Part shown: positions 50,801 to 63,710 of the stretch, piece after piece | Layout: every line of letters starts with the position of its first letter | Position numbering within the stretch: the stretch's first letter is position 1 | Assembly (NCBI GenBank): GCA_026023565.1 | Contig: JAPETS010000023.1 | Span: forward strand, 1-64,000 | Direction: 5' to 3' | Source: Cirrosporium novae-zelandiae | Lineage: Eukaryota | Length of the DNA stretch: 64,000 bases | Position numbers and translations under genes: made by a program | Notes under the pieces: model-generated | What the model saw: only the letters and a program-made list of their open reading frames with translations | What the model was told of the DNA's origin: nothing | Databases searched by the model: none

Positions 50801-52077
50801 TCACTCTCATCGAGCTTTCCTTGCAATGATGGATCGGTAGGCACCTCTGGCTCCTTCTTCTCTTGTTGATCCAACTCGTCCTCGGTACTGGGAAGGGTTC
50901 CATCCTTACCCTCAGACTCTCTTTTCTGTTGGAGATCCTCCTTTAGTTGAGCGATTCTACTATCGATTTCGTTTTCCAATTCGACACTTTCCGCTGGATC
51001 CTGACTTTCTTTGGTCATTGCTGCTTTCAGCATTTGATTTACGAGTTCCATTTCCCTGATCCGTTGTGCAAGAGCGACGGACTGCGTAGATTTTCGTTCG
51101 CCAAGAGCTGGACGTACAGGTGGCTCGGTACCTTTCCCAGATCTTTCGATTGCAGGAGAAGAAGGAATTGTGCTTAGCCTTTTCTTTGTTTCGGAACCCG
51201 GGCCTGCCTGTCTAGTAGACGTTGTAGGCTTACTTGTACGGCTCGCAGAAGTAGTATGCGTGCTGTGTGTTGGGGTAGGATGGGATGTTCGAGCTGAGGA
51301 CCCTAGCGAGGCACGTGAAGTGGCTCTTGCGAGAGTATGGGAAGTAGCGCTTGTAGAAGTATGTTTTCGATCCGATACTGTAGATGGGGCAAGACTTGTA
51401 CGGCGGTCTGTCGGCGAAGTTTTAGTTGCTGTCGATGCTGTTCTCGAAGGTGTATGACTAGCAAGAGACATTCGCTTCGTGGTGCCGCTCACAGCCGGCT
51501 TCTTATGCTCATCTGTGGTGGCACTATGTCTTGTTGTGGCTAGCTTTTTGGTCTCCTCTGCATTGGTTCTGGACGACCTTTCAGTCGAGCTTGTGGAAAG
51601 CCGTGGTTTGTGAGAAGTACTGGCAAGAGCTGAAGCAGTTGGGTGGGAGGGTTTGCGAGTAGTCGAGCTTACGGTTGGCCGTGTGGGGGGTTTGTTCAAA
51701 CTACTCCCAGGAGTTGTCCTAGAGTGCGATGCACTGGCTGCAGTAGGCTTTGTAAGATTTGACGAAGATGAATGTACTGGTCTTTTTGAACTTGTGGGGG
51801 GTCGTTTGGGAGGAACACCACTTTTCTTGGGAGAATGAGTAGTGATTTCATGATCGGATTTTGTTTTCACGGATTCTGGGCCCGATACTACTGAAGCTTC
51901 TCCTCCCGACAAAATGTCTGCAGAATGTTCATCGGCGGAAGGAGCCTCCACAGACTCATGAACCTCAGCAGGAGCCAGACCTTCTGCAGGGGGCTCTGCA
52001 GGCTGTTCATGTTCGAGCGGGAGTTCAGGTTCAGGTGTCTGTTCGAGCGCCTGTTGTGGTTGTTCGACTTCGGCCAT
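47870..52077 (-). CDS. Large coiled-coil protein (Ser/Thr/Pro/Arg-rich N-terminus, long Glu/Lys/Ala heptad region)
   Basis: 1313 aa ORF plus two small 3' exons (MANMREQLRHLNGVNDEMFEESAR / MVKMLSRH...DESID*); GLRDSRWA motif. Confidence 0.8.
50122..50214 (-). repeat. 42-bp intragenic tandem duplication (LEEAKQVAAAN[T/S]QA x2)
   Basis: Two near-identical copies of tcttctagagcttgag(a/t)atttgcagc(c/t)gcaacttgtttagct. Confidence 0.85.
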
Positions 52078-53005
52078 TGGAAAAGATGTAGTTGAATGGT
52101 GAAGTGCAGATGGACTAAGAAGGGGTCTCCGAGAACCGATGAGATATGTTCTGATGGGTTCCTAGAAGCGTAATGTTAGTGGTCGATTAACGCTCAGGGG
52201 AATCTGTACATTCCACGAACTTGCTGGAGACCGATTTCTTGATCTAGTCCAATATGTGATTCCAGCTTGTCCTCAAGTCCACTTACAAGGCGATATGCCA
52301 ATCTCTTCCGAGTTTAAGAAGATTTGGTTGGCAAGGATTGGAGTGCGGAGAAAGTCAGCGTATCTTGATGGATATTTCACTCGGGTGGATAAACTGGGGC
52401 AAGCTATGAAGAGTCAAAGTATGTTAGAGGGCGATAGCAAGTTTCAGCAGGACAAAGCCAGCAAAGATATGCAGCAAAGCCCGAGAAGCTGGAGCAAGAA
52501 TTGGTTGATGAGATTTAAAGTCTAGTTAAGACCATAGGAGTTGGAAGGAACAACAGAAAGGGCAAGCTCTAGTTGCGACACGTCTTCATCCAAAAGGCGG
52601 TAGGCTCGGTAAACTTGGGTCTAAACCGCTATTAGACGAAAAAGCCCACTGATGTTGACCCCTCGAGTTTTTGGCAGGTCTGACCCTAGTCTTAATCAGG
52701 GCCTAACCTTGCTTAACATCGTGATCCAAGTTTCAGCCTTCAAATATATCTCCACCTGCCACCATGCAAGGAATAACTAGTTAATTAATTAATCATCATC
52801 CTTGTTCTCTATATTGCTGGACAACTCTTTCAATATTATTTATAAATTATTCTACGGGACAGTTATTATAAAAATTGACTCATTAACATCCTTTATTTAA
52901 TCGTAATAGGATCTTGGAATATTCCAGAAGTTCTGATTTCATTCCTTATAACCACATCACACATCAAACATAATTTTTTCCAGGGCATTTATTCACTTCG
53001 GGAAC

Positions 53006-54486
53006 CTAAGGCCTTCTGCTTGGAATATTGTCTTGTGCTGACGGCCTGTTTGTTTGTGTTTGAGTAGCCCAAGGTGCCATAGTGCCGCTACCTGATTGTG
53101 CAGCCCCAGGGGGGGGTCGTGTAGTGCTAGCCCATGGAGCCTTTGTCCCTATTTCAGTTGGCACCCGTGATGTTGGGACTCCTGCTTGCATGGGATCGAT
53201 AAGACTACGAGATGGCTGACTGAGCATATGTACAGATGTTGGTGAGGGTCCAGCAGCGGGGTCCCGTGAGAAGCTGAAAAGGCTCCCAAAGGGAAAGTGC
53301 TGTACAACGGGAAATTTGGATAAGACCTCTACATTGTACATCTTTAGCATACCCTAGTTTTAGAAGTGTCTTGGTTAGCATATGAGGCGCTTGAAAAAGA
53401 CAAAGTCGATTGAGGGAAGTTTACGCACCTTATTGATCTTCGCCCACCCAGCACGCACCCCTGATATGTCGTATAGAATCGGGCTATGTTCCCAAAATGG
53501 ACCTTTTTTGACATCATGGATGAAGCCAATTGCAGAGAAGTACATGCTTTTTTCCCGCTCCCTTTCCACCACTACTGGCTTTACTACACTTGGTGGGTCG
53601 GGTGCATCTGGAAGGGATCCTTCAGTTGGTATCTGACCTTGCTCCGAGATAGGCGCTGAGAGTTGTGCAGAACCAAATATATAGGGAAGGAAAAAATGGT
53701 CATCTAAACCCCAAACACCATGTGAGCCTGCAGGTTCTAAGGTGTAGATTTTGATGAGATGCCGACAAAGCTGGAGATACCTAGAGACGTCGATATGGAT
53801 ATTAGAAACAAATATCAACAGATATGAAGCATAATAATCTTAGCCACTTACGTTTCAAGCACTCCTAGTAATATCCCTCGTTCTTCTTCTCCATTTTTGG
53901 AGTCAGCGAACCCACCTAGTTTCCATATGCACCCCAGGAAAGCGAGAAAACTGAGCTCATGGCCTGTTCCGAAATCAAGCCGTTGAGGGCTTCCAAAACT
54001 TCCAAGCAGATAAGATCCAAGTTCAATTTTAGGACCTAAATTGCTATGTTGTCCGATGTTTGATATCTTTTGTGGAAGGCATTCATCCAGCAAGCTCGAT
54101 ACCCGCGTTTCGAGAAGGTTATGCCACTTTCTAAAACTGATATTTCCAAACCTTCTAGGTCCCGGGTCTGGTAGAGCTTCTTCAATGTAGCCTTCTAATT
54201 TTGATAACAGAATTTGCAGCTGCTGAACACACTCTGATAGCCGGACATGAGGTGAGTTCAACTCCCAGGACTTGATCTTACCCTCGGCATCATAGCATGG
54301 AAACATTGCTTTGTTCAACTGGAGAATGAATATCATTAAGTCTGTATGCGCTCTGGAGACCAGAAACTTGGAAACATCTTCTCCTTCATGGATTCTTTTG
54401 ATAGGTTGACTAAACGTGTGGGATTTATCATGAAACTTTAGAATCTCCAATACTGGCGGTCTTGGAGCCTCTGAAAAGGCCGCCAT
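53006..54486 (-). CDS. RRD1: Serine/threonine-protein phosphatase 2A activator (PTPA), Rrd1-like
   Basis: [74 protein letters not shown]; two introns. Confidence 0.92.
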
Positions 54487-54845
54487 GATTTTCTATGCTT
54501 GAAGTACTAGAAGTTCTCCCTAGATGAGGTAAATGATTTTAAAATATGTAAATCGTAAACTTAATGAATTGATTCAGTGAGGTAAAATAGCTAACTATCA
54601 ATATTTTGGAAGGAGCTTATGATGTAACCGGATAGCAAAGTCATGCCTAGGCACCTAGGCCATCTAGACTCGAATGAACACGCTCCGCCAAAGATGGGAA
54701 AACTATTTCCCCTAATACTCTTTAACCATCATCAACCATCCAGAAATGCGACTTACCTTCCTTTTTATGAGCACCCACTAGTGCTTTCATTCAGTCTTCA
54801 TCTATATCATAGCAACTAGTCTATGGCCCGAGAATAAAGCTATGA

Positions 54846-56426
54846 ATGGCTCTTGATTTGATGAAAAAGTTACTAAGTCCCTGGAAAGCGTCTCCGACTT
54901 CAGAATCACTCAGTGAAGATATACCCACCTCACCCAAAAGAAAGCTTTCCAGTGATGAAGAAAATATCAACCCTAACAAGCGAAAGAATACAGATATAGG
55001 CTTCCTTACGAAAGAGAATCCATTGCTGCGTGGCGACTTGGGAGTTGGATTGGATGGCGATGTCAGGTCTACGGTCTCATCTAGTGTTCCTTCATCTCAA
55101 CCAAAAAAGCTTTCAAGGCCTAAAAGGCGATCCACCGAAAATTCTAGACTTCGCTCATCAAAGGGCGTAGATATTTATGAGGTGCCGTCAGAGTCGCCCA
55201 AAAAGAGAGATCGAAGACGGAAGCCGACCAAGCGCGTTTCTCAACCATCAGCAACAGCTCCGCCTAAAACCAATCCATCCCCTACTCACCATCTCCACTC
55301 TTCAACAACCCAAACATTAGTTGGAGTGTACGTTAACAAACAACTCTCTCCAGCGCCAATGGGGATAGCAGACGAAGATGGTGATTTTACAGATATTAGT
55401 CAAAATTACAACGTCAACCAATTGGAAAATCCTATTATGCCTGAAGATAGTAATACCGATAAAGGAATTGAAAGAAACGAGGAACGCGGTAGTCAAGCAG
55501 AAACAGAGGCAGACAATACAGAGCCTTCATCGGAATGGGATTCCGAAGGTCTCTATAGAGACCTCAAAAAACTTTCCACTTTCCACTTGAAGGGTGACGG
55601 CCTCTTTTTTGAGAAGGCACGGTGGAATAGAATGCTTCATGGTGCAAAGACCATATCACTTCTTGTACACCTAGGGGATCTCCTACCAACATTGAAAATA
55701 GAATCTATAAAATTATTTATCGAGAAAGTGGAAAGGAGCAAAAGGTTGTTTGAACAGAAGTACTCCGAAGAAGTGCCTTCTAATGTCGACAAGAGAATCG
55801 AAAAGTCCCTTAGGTCCGTGGCTAAGTCTATCGATAAAATGAGCGAGGAAAGTGAGGAATTTATAGAAGACGAGGAAGAAAGTGAAGGCGAGAGGTACAA
55901 TGCTGGAGACGCGCTTTGCGATATTTATATTTATGGAATCCCGGAAACGATATCCCTTCTCAATGTTATGCTATACCACTCTCAATCAGATGGTTATTTC
56001 GAACCCACACATCTAAAGCAACTCGTAGATATGCTATTGGCTACGAAGCGGCTCTGCGAAAAATCTACTGTGTGGGACAAGAAATGGAAACAGTGGATTC
56101 CTAAGCCAGTGTCGGATAAAGATTTCAAAGAAAGGTACGAAAAGAAGTTTGGTGAAAAGGAGTACAAGGAACGCTTTCCGCGCCAGGAAGACGAAGATGA
56201 GAATGAAGACGAAAATGAGGACGAGAATGAGGACGACAAGGGGGAAAATATACCAATCGAAAATAAGTCAGTTCGATGTTGTGTCAATCGGTTTATCACC
56301 CCAAACATTAAAGTTCTCTGTATTGAATTCATACAAGAAGATCGATTCCAAGATCGAGAAAAGAAGCGAAAGGCCGAACGGCAGGCCGCTCGGCAAAGAA
56401 ACTCAGCGGCCGCTTTCTGGGACTGA
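54846..56426 (+). CDS. Hypothetical protein (disordered basic N-terminus with NLS-like stretches, acidic tracts)
   Basis: 526 aa ORF divergent from RRD1; no family recognised; DEDENEDENEDENED repeat. Confidence 0.6.
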   Translation: MALDLMKKLLSPWKASPTSESLSEDIPTSPKRKLSSDEENINPNKRKNTDIGFLTKENPLLRGDLGVGLDGDVRSTVSSSVPSSQPKKLSRPKRRSTENSRLRSSKGVDIYEVPSESPKKRDRRRKPTKRVSQPSATAPPKTNPSPTHHLHSSTTQTLVGVYVNKQLSPAPMGIADEDGDFTDISQNYNVNQLENPIMPEDSNTDKGIERNEERGSQAETEADNTEPSSEWDSEGLYRDLKKLSTFHLKGDGLFFEKARWNRMLHGAKTISLLVHLGDLLPTLKIESIKLFIEKVERSKRLFEQKYSEEVPSNVDKRIEKSLRSVAKSIDKMSEESEEFIEDEEESEGERYNAGDALCDIYIYGIPETISLLNVMLYHSQSDGYFEPTHLKQLVDMLLATKRLCEKSTVWDKKWKQWIPKPVSDKDFKERYEKKFGEKEYKERFPRQEDEDENEDENEDENEDDKGENIPIENKSVRCCVNRFITPNIKVLCIEFIQEDRFQDREKKRKAERQAARQRNSAAAFWD

Positions 56427-57195
56427 GCTTCTAATTCATCGTCAGCATGGGACTTGCATCTTCAACTGGCGAGTAAACTCGCCAATTACTGGACGAAATT
56501 GAGGCATCGCCTTCTATATAAACCAATAGATCTTTCAATGATTGGAGTTGGGAGGAAATGGAAATGCTCAATATTGTTTGTCTCGCTGATTCAAAGGCTG
56601 TTGTTATGAAGATGAAACTAGTGAGCAGGAATTCCTAGATGTTAGGAAATGGACAACGGATGGACAATGTCATATAAAAATACCGCTCGTTTGGTTTTAG
56701 AGATACCCTTTTGCTTTCCCAACAGTGCTAGATCAGCTTTGGGCCAATCCATAGTGCCAGCCACTCTGCTGTCTCCATACATGTCCTACATATCAATCAT
56801 GACAAAAGAGTCACTTCCTAATGGTTTTTTAATGAAGACTTGAAGAAGTCCGTTGTGCTTTCTGTTTCTCTGGATGGCATCGAAATATCTAATAAGGAGG
56901 AGCTCTCATATTTCAAACGTATTAAAATTTCAATAGCTGATCTCTCTCTTGAACATTAAGCTCTTTTTTTTCTGGGTTGCCAAGACTGGTACCAATCGTA
57001 TCGAGATATCCGGTGCATGAGCAAAATCGATTGGCTCAGAAATGTCTATCATAAGCCAGGTTAATGAAAAAACTAATAGAGGGAAAGATGGGGTAATTAA
57101 CTGGGTTTTGGTGTCATTACACAGTACTACATACACAGTAGTTTTTTGCCTCGTAAACAGACGGAAGTTATTGGGAGAAAGTATCAAGATGGGTG

Positions 57196-57204
57196 GCACG
57201 TGGG
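57196..57204 (+). promoter_or_regulatory. Pho4/NUC-1/PalcA-type E-box GCACGTGGG upstream of the GIT1-like permease
   Basis: Match to the high-affinity Pho4 consensus ~1.1 kb upstream of a gene family known to be phosphate-regulated. Confidence 0.45.
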
Positions 57205-58326
57205 TGGGGTTGCTACTGAGTACGATAGTTGTGGTAAGGCCACCCCCGCCGCTAATCAATAATGATGAGGGAGGGGGAGATCCAATCAATTGAGCATGTG
57301 AAAGACATGGGATGATGCAAAAAAAATTTCAACTTTCAACAGTTTTATCACCAGTTCAACTACACACAGTTCTCAACAGATGTCGCAGGAAGATTAAGGG
57401 ACGGGTTCTGGGTTGTAGGTTGTAGATTATGAGTTTGCCCGTTGCGAGAGCTATGACGGGAGATGCCACTAATCAGCTAAGGATAAGGAAACTTGAAGCT
57501 TGGTGTTCGGGACAAGGACGGACCAAGAAGGGAGGCTGAAGTTTCTTATGAATAGGCTAAATCTAATTAATTAAATGAATGGGGGGGCAGTGAAAATGAT
57601 AAGAAATCTTGTTGCAATGATACCTAGGTATTTATTTTGGTTTCTGATAGCAATTTAAAATGGTGTCAGGTCTGATTACACACATACATACATACATACA
57701 TGCATGCATACACACATGCACACTCTCGGATGGGGGTCCTGATAACCATGATAACGTTTTACTATTTGACAAGGCTAACCCTCGACTTTCCTGATGCAAT
57801 TAGTCGTTCCCGTTCCTGTATAACAATTTTACCAGATGACCATATTTTCTTCTAGTTTCCATAGCGGCGGCGGCAGGGGACCAACGCGGCGCTCTTCCTC
57901 CTCCTCATCTCTTGTCGCACTCTATTATACTATAATTCCAATTTATCTTCCCTTGCTGGGTTGCTGGGGGGGGGGGAGAAAAACCTATCCTACCCAATCC
58001 TACAAGTTACATCGATAGCGCTTACCGCAGTATCTACTTAAACAGCTATTAAACCGTCCAATCGTTTTCTAATTAATAGATAGGGAAAGATAGCGAACGA
58101 ATCTATGCGACCCGTTGGAACGATAGGCGGCTTCGAAATTGGGCAATGATCTGCTAACAAGTCCCTCCTTTGCCATCTATTTCGCATATTAAAAAAACCC
58201 AAGACACCAGAGCAGGCCCAGCCGATTCAATCTTCTTACTGCCAAGCAAATATTTGCGCGCGCGCAGGTAGGTACCTGAGTGAATCCCCCAGGGCAATTG
58301 GCAAGTAATAAACTGTTTTCTTGGCC

Positions 58327-60020
58327 ATGATGGAACACGCCAACACCGAAGAAGCCGAGGTCAAATCTGGTGGTGTTCCAGATATCCAACACGAAATCGA
58401 GGCGGCACCCTTGGAAGATATCACCAAGTCGAGATGGGAGCGTTCCTGGCCAACAATTGCATGCGGTGCTGGATTGTTTTCAGATGGATATCTCAATAAC
58501 GTTTGTGCCATTTTTTTTATATTTTTTTTATATTTTCTACATTAAGTCTTCCCGCAACTCAAAAAACAAGCCACTGATGTATTTAAACCATTAGGTCATC
58601 GGTTCCGTGGGAACTATGCTCTCCACGATATATCCCGATCAATACGCTGGTTCCCCCGCTCTACAAAATGTTTCATCCATCGTGTTTGCTGGAACTGTCG
58701 TGGGACAGCTCCTTTTCGGCGTCACAAGTGACTACTGGTCACGAAAATGGTCCCTGCTGATCTCTACCTGTATCTTGTTCGTCTTCGCTGCTCTTTGCGC
58801 CGGAGCCTATGGCGCCAATGGAAGCGTTCCCGGCATGTTTGCGGCCCTGACGGCCTATCGTTTTTTCTTAGGCATTGGTATCGGTGGCGAATATCCAGCA
58901 GGTTCAGTCGCATGCGCTGAGAGCAGTGGCGAACTGAAGTATGGACATAGAAACAGGTGGTTCATCATGTTCACCAACGTTCAGATCGACTTTGGCTTCG
59001 TCGTTGGTGCTCTTGTTCCCATGATCATCGTCCTCATCACCAGTGAAGACCACCTCCGACTTGCATGGCGCCTCTGTCTTGGACTTGGAGTTATCCCACC
59101 CCTCAGTCTCCTCTACCTCCGGTTGAAGCTGAACGAGCCAGAGGAGTTCAACCGCTCGGGCATGCAGAACTGCCGAATCCCTTATTGGCTGGTCATCAAG
59201 TTCTACTGGTTCCGCCTGATTATTGTAGCGCTGATCTGGTTCGTCTATGACTTTAGCACCTATTCCTTCGGCATCTACTCGTCAAGCTGGCTCAAAATCA
59301 TTCTCGGAGATTCTTACCCTCTATGGAAAGACTTTGGCTGGAATACTCTGCTTAATTTATTCTATCTTCCAGGAGCAATTGCAGGTTCCTTTCTATCCGA
59401 TATGATAGGACCCCGAAAATGCCTTGCTATTTTTGTTGCAGTCCAGGGCATTATCGGCTTCATCATGGCCGGTTGCTATAAGTATCTCGACACCAATGCT
59501 AACGTTGCTGGTTTCGTCGTCGTCTATGGGTAAGTCAACATTCTTTCTTCCTAAGTACAAAAAATACTCCTCAAACTAATACTACCCACTAACTAACAGC
59601 ATCTTCCTCGCCCTCGGTGAAATCGGCCCAGGCGACAACATCGGCATGCTAGCAGCCAAAACCTCTGCAACCGCAATCCGCGGCCAATACTACGGCATCG
59701 CCGCCGCCTGCGGTAAGATCGGCGCATTCGTAGGCTCCTACGTCTTTCCCGTGATCCAAAAAAACGCCCCCAACACCATCCGCTCCGGCCAGGATCCATT
59801 TTTCGTGAGCAGCAGCTTGTGTATCTTCAGTGCGGCGCTCGCGTGGTTTTTGCTCCCCGAGGTCGGCCAGGATACCATTCAGGAGGAGGATGTTAAGTTT
59901 AGAGTGTATCTGGCCAATAATGGATTTGATATCAGTAAGATGGGGGCAAAGCCGGCGAGGAGCGAGGAAAGCATAGTGCATGTGGAGGAGGACCTGGGGG
60001 CTCCATCAGAGAAGGCTTGA
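58327..60020 (+). CDS. GIT1: Glycerophosphodiester (glycerophosphoinositol/choline) permease, MFS
   Basis: IACGAGLFSDGYLNN, GQLLFGVTSDYWSRK, RFFLGIGIGGEYPAGSV, WFVYDF, GEIGPGDNIG, RGQYYGIAAACGKIGAFVG; two introns. Confidence 0.88.
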
Positions 60021-60596
60021 ACTGAGCAAGATAATTTGCGTTGAGTTAGGTGGACATGATGGTGAAGTTTGGATAGATGACAGGTGATGGATAATGATTA
60101 TAGAGGTGTTGATGAATAAGCAGTGCTTTGAGATATACCCCAAATCAAGTCCAATCCTTTATAAGAGTAGGAGTTATTTTCTACATGTGGACTGTCTTAT
60201 TGGATGCTGGCATGTGACACCCACATAGAACCAAGCTTAGAAATCACTTCTACAAGCGGTCTTGAACGAAAATTTATGATGCTTTATGCAACTATCAAAG
60301 GTAATGATCGCCTTATATTGCTATCTCGATTAACCTAAGCGCCTATACATGCAACCAAATCGTTTTCTTGAATGAGCTAGTCATCGAGAGCTGACAACAA
60401 TCAAAGAGAATGACAAGAGAAATCAAACACATCTGCTGTCTCATAACAGCCGGTTGATAGGGGGGGATCTATCGACATGAATAAGGTAAGTCAATAAGGA
60501 CAATAATATGCACGGAGATGTCATGATCATAGAACCGATAAAGGCATGCAAACAGTTAACTCGGACCTGGAACCCCCCAAACGCCTCAAGTCATTA

Positions 60597-63500
60597 TCAC
60601 TCCGTGCTCTCGGGGGTTGCTGTGTCCTGCTTCCCCTTGAATGTCCCTCCTAAGAATCGAGCTCTAAACTCTCGATGATGCCACCAAGATCTAATTCGCT
60701 CCAGCACCTTTCGTTTTGAATACCCAAAGTTAGATATTCCAGCCGTACCATTGTTAGTGTGACTTGTCCTGCTCTCTCCCCTAGATTTCCTCCCTAAGCC
60801 AGAGGGTGTCATGACACGGTCAGTCCCACGCATATCATTGGCAGAACTAGCTCTTGAAACTGGTAGCATCGCTCTAAGTTCTGAAAGTCTCTTCCTTAAG
60901 GTACCCTTATTTGGGGTTTGAGAGCTGTCATCGGAAAAGAAGCTTTGAACCTCGGCGAAATTAACACCTCCCGGTGGGAAAAGATCCGCCGTACGCATAG
61001 GATGCGCTTCATAAGGATTGTTAAGTACGTTTTTTCCATAGGAGCCGATTTTCTTCGTGGGAAGGTTTTCTGTACCTAAATATGCGGACTGGTATGATTC
61101 CGTAGAGATGGGCTGATTTGATACTGATATGCTCGAAAAGTCCTTGAGTCTGAATTTTGGCAGCTTTAATTTATGAGCTTTAGTGTCCTGACTACCCATC
61201 TGCGGCTGCTCGATTTTAATTGACGGGGTTCTACCCTTTGCCTGAGGATTGTTCGCGCCAACTTTCAAGACCGGGGCTTCCGAAAGGTTGCTAGGAGTCT
61301 TTGTGATCGTGCCGGATTCGAGGCCAAGTTTTTGACCATCATCATCGTTACCTTTATCGAGAGCAGATATCACCGAAGGCCTCAAAGGCGATATTGGGTA
61401 TTTGTCGTCAGTGTCAACCATTTCTTCAGCAAACAGTGGCTTGAATGGATGAGGAAGAGCCTTAGAATCCAGCTCAGCTGGAGGTGCAAAGGCATGGAAA
61501 GAAGCGACACTTGATGGTATCCGAGGGGACCTATCCAGACGTGCAGCAGATGAGATATTCTCTTGAGACTCGGCTACCATAGAGATGGACGGAGAAGACT
61601 GAAGCGGAGTTCCGTTGTTAGGAGCCACTTCCTCTTTATTAACGTCGAGTTTACTTGCTTCTAGCTTTGTAGTGTCTAACCGAGTAGTGTCTACCTTGCT
61701 TGCATCCACTTTGCTGACATCGGGAGAAAATCTTGTTGTTCGCAGCCAAGAGTTTCTTGGGCTTACCGAACGAAGTGCTTGTCCAAATGATCCATTCCCT
61801 TTTATTCAGTTGTCAGATCAACCGGTTTATAATTTACGACTTGGCTTACCTAGTAGTGGAAGTCTCCCCCCAAAAGATCTAGTAGCTTTAGACATGACCG
61901 AAAACGGTCTCTCTAGTTGGACCGAAGAAGAACGAGCTTTCTGAATAATGTCCAGTGATTTTCTACCTTTTCGTCCACCCTCGGTTGGTTGGATGTTAAG
62001 ACTCATAGGTGGTAGAGGCAAAGGAGCTGATACTAGAGTGTCCTCTTTTAGCTCGGTAATGGGAGTAGGCTCTATTGCACTCTCAAGGTCATCATCTAAC
62101 AAAAGGATCTTACTAAACCTGCCACCTAGACTAGACGAAGGTGCTCTTTCAGCTATAGGGGCTATGATATCTGGGTCATCAACTTGGCTCAAGTCATCCA
62201 AAGAATGACGACGACATTCTGAGCTATCATCTTTGCTCGATAGTGTCAGCCGACTAAATTCAAGAGATGGAATCTTCCAAAGTCGCGAGCCCGGCCCAAT
62301 TTGTGGGAAATGCTGGCTATGGGACTGAGAGAGAGAGCTTAAGTTGCTCTTATGGCGACTAGTACTAATCCGAACCTGTTGAGAGACTTCACGGAAGTAG
62401 CTCGTTCGAGAACGTCGGCTTTCAGATCGCTCAAGTGTAGCTGTTGAGACCCGTGTTGAGTTTCGTCTCTCCTGAGACTCCTTCTTGTAGCTAACATGGC
62501 GAACGACAATAGCACTATCAGAGACATCTTTGCTCGGGGCTGGAGGAGGATTGACAGGAATTGTTGCTCCTTGGTCCTCAGAATTGGTGTTGTCAACTCC
62601 TTCCTCCTGGCTAGCTACCAAGGAGGCTACCTGCTCTGTAACATCCATTTCCTTTATCACCGAAAGACCACTGGTATTGGCAAGTGCAATTTGGTCCACT
62701 TGTTGGCTTGACTCAGGCTCAGATATAGGTCCCACGGCCTCGATCTTGTTGCCGTAGGGTGGTGGTGGCGCTGAACTTGGTTCACCGGGTAGTTCTGCTG
62801 GTGAGCGCTCAGAGCCCAAAACATCCCCAGCAAAAGTCTCTTCGGGAGCAATAGCCTCTCTATAAAGACTACTTGGAGGCCTGCTGTTTCCTGGTATACT
62901 CGGATCGACTGCATAAAAGGGTAGAGAAAGCACAGAGACATCAGACCTGAAGAAATGATGCTCCTCCTCGAAGTTTTCAGTATAGTCGTAATAAATAGGG
63001 CTAGGTGAGTGGGTTCGGCTATTCCTGGAGTCAGAATTCGGATACTGCAAGCGGTCGGATAAAGACGGGGCCTTGGCACTGCATATTGATACACTGGGAG
63101 TGAGAGCTCTTTGCGGAGGTGGAGTAGCGCAGGAACCCGGAGACGGGTTGATAGTTGGAGTTGACGAACGTATCAAGGATGGAACACTTGTATTCATATC
63201 ACTGCGGTATCCATACGGAGCTCTCCTTTGTGGATGGAATGGTGGCATTTGCCCACTATGGCCATGGAAGGCAGGATCAAACCTTGGCCTACCACGCCAT
63301 CCTGGTGGAGGCCCATCGCTCATAGCTGGGGAAGGAGGGCGGATTCCAGGCCTTCTAAGCCTTGCTGGTGCTGGATAGGCGTAAGGAGACCGAGGTCTTT
63401 GAATTGGCACATCTCTGTAATTCTTGAGACTCGCGTAAGATCGATTTGGGTGTAGATTATGGTTACTATATGTAGGGTGAGAGGCTTGGGTGAGCGAATA

Positions 63501-63710
63501 TGCACGACTATCTGTTCCATAAGGAGGACTCGTTGGACGCATAAAAGGAGGGTCAAGGTCCCTATCTCTGTCGTGTGGATGAAGATTTCGATGTGTTGGA
63601 GGCCTGTTTGGAGGGTAACGATGGTGGTGACTAGGTCTTGGGCCCATATGATGTGGATGGGAATTACCAGGTGGATACATGTCTCGATGTACAGGTCCTC
63701 CCCGAAGCAT
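60597..63710 (-). CDS. Large low-complexity hypothetical protein (two ORFs joined by one intron)
   Basis: Intron ~61849-61799 (GTAAGC..CTGAC..AAG) joins the 660 aa and 370 aa ORFs in frame; conserved-looking blocks YPAPARLRRPGIRPPSPAMSD, IYYDYTENF, QSFFSDDSS; start codon uncertain. Confidence 0.7.
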
